Source: Octopus bimaculoides (lineage: Eukaryota). Taken from it: a DNA stretch of 64,000 nt. The notes below the pieces were generated by a model that worked only from the letters and a program-made list of their open reading frames with translations, was not told the origin of the DNA and did not search any database. A program made the translations under genes and the position numbers. This document shows positions 1-11,782 of this stretch, piece by piece. The stretch's first letter is position 1. Every line of letters starts with the position of its first letter. The stretch is taken from the NCBI RefSeq assembly GCF_001194135.2, contig NC_068981.1:99299132-99363131 (forward strand), read 5' to 3'.

Positions 1-46
1 AAATAACAAAAGTATATATTAGTATGACGCTCGGGAATACGGAAAG

Positions 47-83
47 TCTTTGACGTTTCGAGCTACGCTCTTCAACAGAAAGA
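47..83 (-). ncRNA. Minimal type-I hammerhead-like motif in a Penelope-type pseudo-LTR remnant (about 1-140)
   Basis: Minus strand UCUUU-CUGUUGA-A-GAG(cguag)CUC-GAAAC-GUC-AAAGA: 5-bp stem I, 3-bp stem II, core A6 replaced by U. Confidence 0.6.
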
Positions 84-158
84 ATACAGAGACAAGGAGA
101 AAAACACGGAGAAAAAAAAATTGAATAGTGTTCAGTCAACGGTCAATCATACATATAC

Positions 159-317
159 ATGACGGGCTTCTTTCAGTTTCCGTCTACCAAATCCACTCAC
201 AGGATTTGGTCGGCCCGAGGCTATAGTAGAAGACACTTGCCCAAGGTGCCACGCAGTGGGACTGAACCCGGAACCATGTGGTTGGTAAGCAAGTTACTTA
301 CCACACAGCCACTCCTG
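159..317 (-). mobile_element. tRNA-derived cephalopod SINE (5' module)
   Basis: A box TGGCTGTGTGG and B box GGTTCAGTCC. Near-identical copies at 1429-1590(+), 12520-12650(-), 23735-23880(-), 50580-50720(+), 61785-61926(-), 62035-62190(-). Confidence 0.8.
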
Positions 318-602
318 CACCTATGTATATATATATATATATACATGCATATTCTTTTACCAGTTGCAATCGTCAGACTGTAGCCATGGTGGAGCACCAT
401 CTTGAGGGGTTTACTGTTTTTGCACTGTTGATAAAGCTGGGATATCATCCCCTAGTAGAGGAACCATGTCAGCATGAATGTCCCTGGTAACTAAACCATT
501 TTTTCTGCAGGTACTTGATAACACTGTCATACTAAATTTTGTCCATTTTCAAGAGAAGTTACAACTGGTTACTCTTGAAGTTTTCTTTGAACAGTCAGAT
601 GT

Positions 603-1149
603 CAGTTTACCTGGAAAGGAATGATTAAATTGTTCTTGTAAGGGGAATCTGTACACCTCCGTGATTGGCTAAGTGAACTATACTAGTTAGTATAATTGAG
701 CATGTGCAGAACAGTCTGAGAGGAGTGGCATGTGTGCAGTCATAGTGTACAGGTCATAGGAATTATTGAATAGAGATATTGTGGAGTGCTTGTTGAAGAT
801 ACACAGTTGGAGAATAATAAGAGAACATCAGGAATGTTTAATATCATAACAGTTCAGATGTAACAGTGATGACAAGAAGTCGTACGTCATATCAGTGGCA
901 ATGATGAAACCTGCCGCTGTATAACAGTGTCGTTATAACAGTGGTAATAAGGTTACGAACGCTCGTAGGAGTGTTGAAATGGAAGAGCTACTAGCTTCTG
1001 TAGTGAAGCAACAGCAACAGTTGCAGCAGTAGTTGTTACAACAGCAGCAAGAATACCGTGAACAGCAACAACAACAGCTAAACCAGCAGTTACTTATATT
1101 AATTAAGTTGATTAAACTAAACGTTTTCAATTAAGAAACTAATATAATT
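603..1149 (+). mobile_element. Gypsy LTR fragment: PPT (640-649), LTR (650-894), PBS (896-907), gag start (979-1120)
   Basis: AAGGGGAATC|TGTA...ATCA|G-TGGCAATGATGA, then MEELLASVVKQQQQLQQ*..., similar to the gag N-terminus at 34886. Confidence 0.65.
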
Positions 1150-1428
1150 CAGTCAGATGTGTATGTATATGTGTGAAATGAGCATAGCATGATTAGTAAG
1201 AGAGCCATTCAACAAGAGACAGGTATTATATTCAAATCCTGTTTATGCATTGTTCCACCTTGACCTACATATCTATTATAAATATCATGTTACATATATT
1301 AGCCAAAACCTTTTGTAGTTGTACATGCATACATGTATTTATATATATGTATTTATGTTGTGTTATTACATACACTTATGTAAGTGCACACACATTTATA
1401 AATGTATTTGTTGAGAAGAATATCACAT

Positions 1429-1588
1429 AGGAGTGGCTGTGTGGTAAGTAGCTTGCTTACCAACCACATAGTTCTGGGTTCAGTCCCACGGCGTGGCACC
1501 TTGGGCAAGTGTCTTCTACTATAGACTCGGGCCGACCAAAGCCTTGTGAGTGGATTTGGTAGACGAAAACTGAAAGAAGCCCATCGTA

Positions 1589-1590
<2 letters not shown>
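1429..1590 (+). mobile_element. tRNA-derived SINE, same family, followed by (TA)n
   Basis: Reverse complement of 159-317. Confidence 0.8.
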
Positions 1591-1637
<47 letters not shown>

Positions 1638-1672
1638 CGATAAAAGGTTTCTGTGTAGGTGTGGGTTGCCAG

Positions 1673-4600
1673 TGTAACGGTTGTAAAATGAACGAAGAAC
1701 AGTGATCGAAGTTGTAAAGAAATATTTATCGTTACTTTAATAAATGCCATACCATGACGGGTAGGTTAGTGTAATAGTATAACACAGTTCGTAAAGCATG
1801 CAAGGTGAAGAAAATTAATTTCGGCCTGTATATGTGTGTACACGATCTTGTAGCAGTATATAGACAGAGATATGGTAATGTTACAGAGAAAAGAAAGTGA
1901 GCTAGTGAAAGTTATAGAGTCGAGGGAGGTTGTGTCTCATAGTTGGCTGGTTGTAACCTTCCTTCTCGCTCTGGCCAAGGTTGTAGCTGGTCAGCCAGAC
2001 TTCGTTCTCACTGAGTCATCACCATGTGACTGGACTGGTTGAGTCGTCACCGACTGGTGACTAGACTAAATTTTTCTTGAGGTTTCCTTGCTTTTATAAC
2101 AATCCAGAAGGATAGATATATTATTGAGAACAATTGTTTTAGTTGGTGGTCTGGTTATCTCTATTCTAGCTTTTAGTGGAGTAGAAGAGGTTAGGAAGGG
2201 TCAAGTGGTGAAGACATTATTTCGGTCTAGCTAAAGGCATCTGGAAAATATAAAATCGTTGTCAGAGAAAAACCATTGTTCCACTGTGGGAAAAGTTCTG
2301 TTGCAGTGTTAATTTAAATTTAGCTATAGTGGATCAAATCCACTTCATGCATGCAAGATCCATTACATCACTCTCCTCGCCAGTGAGGTTCCTGGAAGGG
2401 AAACGAACGAACAAAGGAGACAAAAAATAATGTATGGTTGAGGAGAAATTTCGCATATCAGGAGAGAGGATCGTTGAAGTGTATACGGGACAGTGTCACT
2501 TTGCGTGCTAAAATGTGTGCAGTCAGTGACTGGGCAGTACAGCAAATGGGTGCGTGTGTGCACGTGAGGGCGTATACAGGAGTGCAGGTGCACGTTTCGC
2601 AATTGACTGAAAAATAAGCTCAGATGAGCAAGTGAGTGCATTCTCAATCCGTGATATGAAAGATCCTCCTGCAGGGTTGCAGTGTGTGAAATGCCTTCAA
2701 GGTGAAATGCCCAAAGTGAAATGCGTCTGGTGCTGTTGTCGTGGTTAATTGCTGAGTTAGCAAGGGCAACAGTGTAAGCATTCTGAAGTGATGCGCAAGA
2801 CAGATCATTTTCTCTGTTAATTACATGACCAAACAGGGGTCTAATGGAGGAAAGTATGTCTAAACATGAGCGCAGAGCATGTGAACATCCAGCGTGCTTT
2901 GAGTCGGGATTGGAATCGAGGTGATGCAGACATGTTGCAAAACAAGGCAGTAGATGCATAATACAGATGCAAGTGCATGAGTGCAATAGAGCTTGCAAGG
3001 CTGAGGCTAATGCTAGTGCATTGATTACAAATACAGTGTACAGTATTGAATATGCCAGTGATTAATGCAGTAAGGCTGAGGCTGCCAGTCGGTGCATGAG
3101 GTATTATAAGCCTCGATCGTGTAGGAACAAAAGTGTGTCATGCTGGCACGTTGTAAGGGTCAAACAACTTTCTCTATGTATGCGTGACCGACATAGAGTC
3201 TTACAGAGACGAGTTGTGTCTACAAGGGTGCATTGAGCATGGAAAATAAACGAGAAAGGTATGTGTGGTGCATGAATGTGACAGAGATAGCATTTGTGTA
3301 TGTATGAACCATGTGTGCAAGGCCAGGCACTGAGGAAAGGTGCATGCGTGTGTGCACGCAACAATACATTTTCAAAGTGAACGAGAAAAACGTATATATA
3401 CATGCAAAATGTGAATAATAACATAGTACATTGAAAAAGATATGCACATGAATTTGGCCATCTTAGTGAAACAAGTCGTCGCAGAACTTGTGCATCGCGT
3501 GTACATCGCGAAATGTGTGCACCGTGGAATGTGCTTCGCGGTATTTGCCTCGGGGAATGTGTGCATCGCGGAATGTGCTTTGTGGTATATGTAACTCGTC
3601 AAGAAATGAAAGTGTGCAGTGCAAACAGAATAATAAGATAAGCAAAACTAACAAACTTAGCTGAAAATAGCGTCCCTTGTGAAAAGTCTACTGCTGAAAG
3701 TGAAAAGAAAATGTGCATGCAAAGAAAAAGAGTTGTTGAAAGTCTATGTGAGAGTCTTATTTATGTACGTGCAAAAATTCATTGACAATGCAAAGTTTGT
3801 ACATCGGGACGAGATGAAAAGCGTGTGTGTGCCGAAAAGGTTGCATGTGCGGGCTTCCGTATTTTCTTCCAGTTAGTTTCTGGCATGTAGCTGTCAAAAT
3901 GTTGCGCTTATAGGCTTTCATGGTTGGCGAATACCTTATGTTTCGGCAGTGTTGCATTGTTGTGAAGTGCATCGTAGATTGCATCGCAGTATAGTGCTTT
4001 CTGTAGCAGGTCGATGGAGGGTGCATCTTGGTGGTGATGAAGGTTGTCATTAATTTTCTTTGGTTCAGCGACTGTAGTTCTTTAGTTCGAATCAGCAAAA
4101 ATGCAGAAGGTAGCAATTCTTTCGCTTGGGGTTAACAGTTGTGACTGTTGGTAATGCAGTTTCAGAAGGTAGCAATTCTTTTTTTACAAGGTCACCAATT
4201 TGTTGGTAATGCAGCTTCAGAAGGCAGTGATTCTCTTTTTTCACGGGGTCACCAATTGTAATGATTGGGTTCTTGTGAAGGCTGCAATTCTTTTGTTTGG
4301 GGTCACCAATTGTAACGGTTGTATTTTAATTTGTGTAGCGATGAGTTATGGTGCAACGTCGTGATTGCCAGTTTGTAACGATAAAGTTTTTAGTTGAAGT
4401 CGAGGGTCACCAGTTGTAATGAGGGAAATTGATTTGTTATAATTGCATGTTGTAAGATGGGAAAGATGAACAATGCATGAAGTTTTAAGAAAATATTTAT
4501 TTACTGTTACGTTACAATACTTTACCACGACAGGCAGGTTATAATAGATCCATAAACATGCGAAGTAAAGCTTGCATTTATTTCCTCTTCATTTAGTAGT

Positions 4601-5119
4601 AATCCACAGAGAGAGATAGTGGTGTTGTAAGAGAACAGAATTAGAGCTAGTGGAAGTTGTAGGGTTTGGGACGTTGTCTCACAGTTGCTGACTGTAAACT
4701 TCATTTCTCTCTCTGGCCAAGATTGTAGCTGATCAGCCAGACTTTGTTCTCATTGAGTCGTCACCTACTGGTGACTAACTGGTTGAGTCGTCACCGACTG
4801 GTGACTAAACTAAATTTTTCTTGGGGTTTCCTTGCTTTTATAACGATCTAGAAGGATAGATATATTATTGAGAACAATTGTTTTAGTTGGTGGTCTTGTT
4901 ATCTCTATTCTAGCTTTTAGTGGAGTAGGGTTAGGGTTAGGGTTAGGAAGGGTCAAGTGGTCAAGACATTATTTCGGTCTAGCTAAAGGCATCTGGAAAA
5001 TATAAAATCGCTGTCAGAGAAAAACCATTGTTCTACCATGGGAAAAGTTCTGTTGCAGTGTTAATTTAAATTTAGCTATAGTGGATTGAATCCACTTCAT
5101 GCATGCAAGATCCACTACA
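1673..5119 (-). mobile_element. Non-autonomous or degenerate Gypsy-type LTR element (LTRs about 1673-2367 and 4311-5119)
   Basis: Long direct repeats with TGTA...TACA ends, a purine tract at 2368-2381 (minus), and PBS TGGTGACCCC (tRNA-Trp complement) at 4299-4308. No gag/pol motifs recognised inside and no TSD seen. Confidence 0.8.
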
Positions 5120-5127
5120 TATATGTA

Positions 5128-5332
5128 TGTGTGTGTACATGTTTGTCCCCCCAACTTCGCTTGACAACCGATGCTGGTGTGTTTATGTCCCCGTAACTTA
5201 GCAGTTCGGCAAAAAGAGACCGATAAAATAAGTACTAGGCTTACAAAGAATAAGTCCTGGGGTCGATTTGCTTGACTAAAAGCGGTGCCCCAGCATGGCC
5301 GCAGTCAAATGACTGAAACAAGTAAAAGAGTA
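5128..5332 (+). mobile_element. SINE 3' module (…GCATGGCCGCAGTCAAATGACTGAAACAAGTAAAAGAGTA)
   Basis: Recurs at 12310-12480(-), 40840-41000(-), 50940-51085(+), 58105-58310(-), 61545-61760(-). Confidence 0.75.
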
Positions 5333-5445
5333 TACTATGATATTGTATACTCACATGCTGAAAGTAAGAGATTTGCAAATATTCTTTGGTAGGGTTCAGT
5401 ATATACAAGTAATTTAGATTATGCCTTTTTTTTTCATATTTTCAG

Positions 5446-6564
5446 CCTCTGGTAATGCATTTGGCTAGTGTCAACTTGCGAATGAGTCTCCAGCAATCTT
5501 TGGTAGCTTCAACAATCAATGCAGCTAAAGCTCTGGGAAAGTCTACCACTCATGGAAGTTTAGTTCCTGGAAAAGTTGCAAATTTAGTTCTGATAGAAGC
5601 ATCAAGGTAAGAGCAAACTTTTGGTATTCAAGTGTAATGTTGATTAAATCAACACAAATAAACATTTCCCATTCTTAACAAAGCATCACAAATGCCCAAT
5701 TTGGTAAGATGCCAAGCTGAAGGCTCATTCATTCAAGTCAGGTGGCATTAGAGTTTTGACTGAGATAACAAGGCTGTTGGACTGTCAGTTAAGAGTCGGT
5801 AATTTACATTCTTTTATCAGCACTGCACAATATCTGTGGCCAAGATATATATCGTGCTGACAGAAGCTACACCTTGAGAACATGATAACTTTGCATGACA
5901 CAATATCAATGTAAGATAAAGAAGTTTTCTATTTGCTTACTCATCTTTGGTTTAAATTTTTTGCCAGATTAAATTGCTGTAGACCAGAGATGGGTAGCTT
6001 TTATTCATGTGTGAAATTTCATTCATATTCAAATAACAATCCATAAGGTAAAATAACTGTCCAATTCTAAAGAGTAAAAAGAAATTTAATTTAAGTTACA
6101 TATCTTAATTTGTAAAATTCATTATTTTTCTCAGCAGAGATGGGCCTTCACAGATTCTTATGCTCTTTCAATTCACTTGTAGCAGAAAGTTTTTCCTTTA
6201 TTGCTCTAGACAGACTACATTATGATGAAGTCTAAGTGGGTCCCTGCAACTCATCACAAGCAGTATTATTATTCTTGAAGATATGCCAAAAACAATAGCC
6301 TAATGACTCATCTCATAGTTATGATTTCAATAAATTAACCAATGGAAACAGAGTTTAATACAGATAAACCTGAGAGAATTTTTGTTTTTGCATCCTGCAT
6401 TTTATACAATAAGGTAATATCTTGTCTAATCAATTCTCTTCTTTCCTTACAGATGGGAACATTTGATCTATCAAATGGGCTGTTATACAGACTTGATAAA
6501 ATATGTTATTGTTCATGGCAATGTTGTTGTAGATAAGCACAATTCAAACCATCCAAAATATTAA
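5446..6564 (+). CDS. AMDHD1: Probable imidazolonepropionase, last two coding exons: join(5446..5606,6453..6564); upstream exons not found in the window
   Basis: AG/GT-bounded exons splice in frame to PLVMHLASVNLRMSLQQSLVASTINAAKALGKSTTHGSLVPGKVANLVLIEASRWEHLIYQMGCYTDLIKYVIVHGNVVVDKHNSNHPKY*. This matches the metazoan AMDHD1/HutI C-terminus as recalled (P.VMHLA.VN.RMS..E....TINAA.ALG...HGSL..GK......SRWEHLIYQ.G). AATAAA at 6709. Confidence 0.93.
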
Positions 6565-9500
6565 TTACACTCACAACCATTTATTAGACAATGCAAGGAG
6601 ACAACTATAGAAAACAACTTCACAGACATTTCCAAATATATGGAACAAGGAATCAATGCAGATTTTAACAGATTTAGAATTACACCAAATGGCTGTTTAT
6701 GTCCTTAAAATAAATCTTGCTTCTCAAATTAGTTAATAAGAATAATAAAGTTATCAAGCAAATTTGTCATTGTCTTCACGTTCAAAATATTTGACTAAAT
6801 GAAACTTATTAACCAAACATTTGTTTCCATAATTAAATTTAGCAAAAGAATAAATCAGTTCAGTTAATGAAGTAATATGATTTAATAACAATTTCTTACA
6901 GGAGACTATGGACATACATTTTGGAGAAAAATGGAACAGTTGATTGAATTGACTTGAGTAATTGATTAATACTTATATTAGCCCACCCTAGAGTATTGCT
7001 CTTGCAACTGGAACAGTTGCTGCTGTACCCACTGATATTCTAAACTGCATGCAGAAAGTGGCTACCCAACTGATTAACATAGAGGCAATCACCAACAGAC
7101 TCAATCTTTAGTCCACAGATGTCTCCTCCCTCTCCCTTTTCTATTGCTACTATAATCACCTTTGCTCCTTGGAGTAGGCTAGACTCATACCACCTCCATT
7201 CAGGCTTCCTTGACTCACTTGTCTCTCCTCTTTTCATCACCCTTGTATCCAATCCTCTAAAGCTGGTCCTAATCACTATACCCAGTTCTTCCTTCCCAGA
7301 AGGACAACTCTCTCTGTTCATGTCTTTTCCACAGGTGTTGATGTACAAGGATTTGAGAGGAATAGTAATAGCAACAAACCCACCAGTCTTGGAGGGTCTG
7401 CAAAGGTCCTAAGTATAGCCCTTTCCTTTAGACCCAACAATAAAAACTCAAGAAGGACAGAAAGCAAAACCAGTTTTCACAGCATTTAAAGTCAAACTGC
7501 AAAGAGATGTAACACAAAGCATTTCGTCTAATTCTGTATTGATTCTACCATTCCATCAATCCAACATAATTCAACAAATGCATTACATAAAGAGTTGTCC
7601 TTCTGGGAAGGAAAACTGGGTATAGTGATTAAGGCTAGCTTTGGAGGATTGGATACAAAGGTGATGAAAGGAGGAGAGACAAACGAGTCAGGGAAGCTCC
7701 AAGGAGCAAAGGCAATTATAGTAGCAATAGAGAAAGGAGAGGGAGGAGACAATTGAAAGGAACAGAATATTTTCTCTAAGTTATCAACATCTTCAAGAGC
7801 TTTGAAGTGTAACAGTCAAGTCTATGAACAAAATAACATTTCATATGAATATGTTAGGAATAAACTAAAATCCTGCTTTTGTGATTTCATTGTACCTTCA
7901 TATTGACAAGATCCAGTGAGTCATAGGGTTGCATCATGCCCCATGTCAGCTTTGGCATGATTTCTGTAGCTGGATTCCTTTCCTAACACCAACTATTTTA
8001 CAGTATATACTGGGCACTTTTTGCATGCTACCAGCACTAGTGAAGTCACCAAGTAACTTGCAAGACAGGAAAGAATGAGAAAAGGGGAAAGAAGAAAAGG
8101 AAAAAGCCCTTTCAACTAAATTGGGGAGGAGTATTTGAGAAGGTGGAGAAATGACATTTTACCAAGGTCAAGCATGGGTGTCTTGCTGTGGAGAAAATAC
8201 ACAATTACCCAGCATTTGTATAAGGAGTATTGTATAAAAAATATAATCTATCATCAAATGTAGTGGATAACTGCATATTTCAGAGTATGATATCTGAAGC
8301 TTGAAAATATTTATCCATTGAAGTATGAAACTGGAACAACTATGGTTGTAATAATGTTTTGTTCATTTTTAAGGTTTCTCACACACTATTCTTAATCTTT
8401 CATTTTAAATAGACTCTACAATAAATGCTTCACATATTATTGGGGTAACAGAAGTATCAGTGTATTGAATAAATATTTCAATGAATAACGAACTAATAAA
8501 TCAGTTGTATGTTGGAGCAGTAAGTAGCAAGTTCAAAGTAGTAGGAAATTATATAGTTTTGTTTCTTTCCTCTGTTCTCTTTTTACCACAATGTTTTATG
8601 AGGTGCTGAATAAACATTTTTTTTCTGTAACTGGGAAAGCAAATTTTTTTCAGACTATTAAGGTTCATAGGAGTAGAGCCCAACTCCAATTTCTAAAGAA
8701 ATCTTAGAGACTTCTCCCAAAGATATGATGCTGGACTAATGCAGGTAGCTGACAATGAAACACATACTTATCCCTACTTAAATCACAAGTAGTGCTAATT
8801 TAGAAGGAGACAGAGATGTCAGTATGGAACATGGATGTTAGACAATGATGATGATGATAAGGACAATTGTTAACACAGCCTGTCCCAACTATTGTGGATT
8901 ATGCAGCTTCTGGCACTCTGTGTGTGAAAAATTGCATACCTGAATCAGAGTTCCATCAAAAAGAAATCCAAAATAATCTACTGCCATCACAGACAAGCTT
9001 TTGTTGTGGGTCAATTCCAACTAACTGACCTGGAAAATAACATCATGAAAAAATAAAACCAGAGAACAAAGGAGTCACTAATGAAAGTTAATCTTGGCAG
9101 AGTTGCCAAACCCACATCTATAGTGATTTATGCAGTAGTACTTTTTGATTTCTAGCATATAACCTGGCATACCTCATGGGAACCTTGCTTACTAGCAACC
9201 AATAGAAGTCAACTTTCAAGCTGGATATGAATAAGACTTCACATTATCACAGACTTGAGCCTATATGCTGATAAAACTGAGTAATGGCTATGAGATTAGA
9301 AAACTTAGGCAGGATGTAGCAATTTGACACCACTCTTTCCAAATGGATTTCTTCTCTCAAGTTATTCTCACTATGAAACATGTTTTAATAGAACAGAACA
9401 TCAAAAGGCATTATCCCCTGAAATGACATATATTTATAACACTATTTACACTACACATAAATCAAATTTCTTGTACAAACGTGACTGTGTACATCATACT

Positions 9501-10209
9501 TTTGCTTCACATACATTTAAATAACCTAATTTTTATTGATATTGCATATGGGAAATTTATATTTGTCAATGAATGACAAGATCATCACCATTATTTAATG
9601 TCTATTTTCTATGCTGGCAAGCTGGTGGGCTGCACCAGGCTTTCACACACAGAGTGCCAGAACCTGCATAATCCACAGGAGTTGGGACAGGTTGTATCAA
9701 CAATCATCCTTATCATCATCATCATTGTCTAACATCCATGTTACATACTGACATCTCTGTTTTGGTTTGGTTTCCATGGTTGGGTACCCTTCCTAATGTC
9801 AACAACTATACAGAGTGTACGGGGTGCTTTTTACATAGCACCAGCGAGGTTATCAAGTAACTTGCAAAACAAAGACCTCTTAGTTGAGAGAGGGAGTAGA
9901 ACTGAGAGAAGTGGCTGTGTGACAGGCAAGAGTTGACAGAGGGACAGAAATAATTGTCTTACTATAGAGGAGATACTTGGCTACTCCAGTAGGACAAGGA
10001 AAGAGAAAGCAAGTGGAGGATATATATATATATTTATATTTAAACTTATATTTATTATTATATTCTTACATTTATTTTTTATATATATAATATAATTTTT
10101 TCTGCATTTTTATAACTTAAGGCAAAAAGTATGTGATATAAAAAATATATCTCCTTTTGAAAGCTTCGAATATTGATTTCCTAACTCCAACATAACTACA
10201 TATGTTTTT

Positions 10210-10255
<46 letters not shown>

Positions 10256-10335
10256 NNNNNNNNNNNNNNNNNNNNNNNNNNNNNNNNNNNNNNNNNNNNN
10301 NNNNNNNNNNNNNNNNNNNNNNNNNNNNNNNNNNN

Positions 10336-10378
<43 letters not shown>

Positions 10379-10380
<2 letters not shown>

Positions 10381-10830
10381 CTCAGCCCTCTCTTGTTTAT
10401 CATAGTCCTCTAGCCATAACCGAGAAATTTAAGATTGGTTGCCCATGAAAGCTCCTCTATGCTAATGACCTTGTTCATATAGCTGAATCTCTACTAGAAT
10501 TAGAAAAGAAATTTCAGGTATTGAAGCAAGGACTGGAATCAAAAGGTCTTGAAGTTAATTCAGCAAAAACAAAAGTACTGATAAGTAGGAAAGCACACAA
10601 ATTACTAATCCCTTCAGGGAAATTACCCTGCTCAATATGTAGAAATTCCATACAGGGTACCTAGTGCAGGTTATAGATACATAAGAGGTGCAGTGGAATT
10701 GCAGGAAGGTTAACAGAGAAAGTCATCTTTGTGTGTGGTAACTGTGCAGCTACGATAAACACTAAGAATGTACAGGAAATAGATTTCCTCAAATGTTCAG
10801 TGGAATCCTTAAAAGTGGTAGATAGTTTCT
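10379..10830 (+). mobile_element. RTE-clade LINE reverse transcriptase fragment
   Basis: LSPLLFIIVL...LLYANDLV..AES...NSAKTKVL (YADD box), followed by a Cys-rich insert; contains stops and frameshifts. Confidence 0.8.
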
Positions 10831-11728
10831 GACAAACCATTCCCCTACAACTCCTCTTTCCAACACCTTCCCTTCTCACCCAACTCACCAATCATTGTAA
10901 CTTCCTCTCCGCTACCTCCCACTCTCACTCACAAACCTACCTGCACACAATTTGTCCCAGTCAAATCTCTTCCCACAACATATCCTCCTAATACCCTTAC
11001 CCGTTCCTACTCACTACATTCCCTTCGCCCTCCATCTCCAGAACTTACCCACCCACTCACCGTCTCCAATCCCCAGTCAGTTTCACTATATACACCTCAC
11101 TGTAACTTGAGTGTATGCCCCCCCCCCCCGCCACTGTCACATCTTCACCATCATTTCTCTTTCTCTCTCTCTCCCTACCTGAGGTAGTCATATTTCCCCA
11201 CTATGGCAAGACTTCTTTTCAGATCTTCAATACTACTCCTCTTCTCATTTGAAGAGTTTTGTCTCACAAGTTACTTGGTGATTTCACTGCAGCTGGTACC
11301 ATGTAAAAAAAAAAAACACCCAGTACACTTGGTAAAATGTTAGGAAAGGCATCCAGCTGTAGAAACCATACCAAAGCAGAAAGCTGAACTTGGTGCAGTC
11401 TCCTGGTTTGTTGTCAGTTCCTGTCAAACTGTCCAGCATGGAAAATGAATGTTAAATGATGATTATGTAGATGATGATGATGATGATGATGATATCAAGT
11501 AGAAGGGTTCTTGACTAAATGCTTTAGAAAAATAAATACTATTTTAGTGATTCTATATGTACATTTGGGATAATTCTAAATAGGTTACATCTCTCGTCAA
11601 GCATAGAAAGCAAGAGTTTAAATGTTATGTACCACTAATCACAACCATAGATACACTTTTATCAGTGAGAGATTATTTTCTATATTTAGTATATAAGAAA
11701 GTAATAGAAAAAAAAAACCACTGGGGCC

Positions 11729-11782
11729 TCTAACTGACTATAAAAATCCTCTCAAAAGAGAGGATTTTTATAGTCAGTTAGA
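11729..11782. repeat. Perfect 25-bp inverted repeat with a 4-nt loop
   Basis: TCTAACTGACTATAAAAATCCTCTC-AAAA-GAGAGGATTTTTATAGTCAGTTAGA. Confidence 0.95.

Noticed and set aside
979-1120. Poly-Gln ORF as a host gene
   Set aside because: In-frame stop, follows a PBS, and resembles the Gypsy gag start at 34886
2363-2998. 211-aa ORF on the minus strand
   Set aside because: No recognisable motif, no splice context; lies in the low-complexity interior of an LTR element
4102-4315. Regularly spaced repeats resembling a CRISPR array
   Set aside because: Eukaryotic context, no unique spacers, no cas genes; the units carry the LTR PBS
6135-6230. Possible alternative AMDHD1 terminal exon (CTCAG|CAGAGATGG)
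   Set aside because: Translation has no similarity to AMDHD1, whereas 6453-6564 matches
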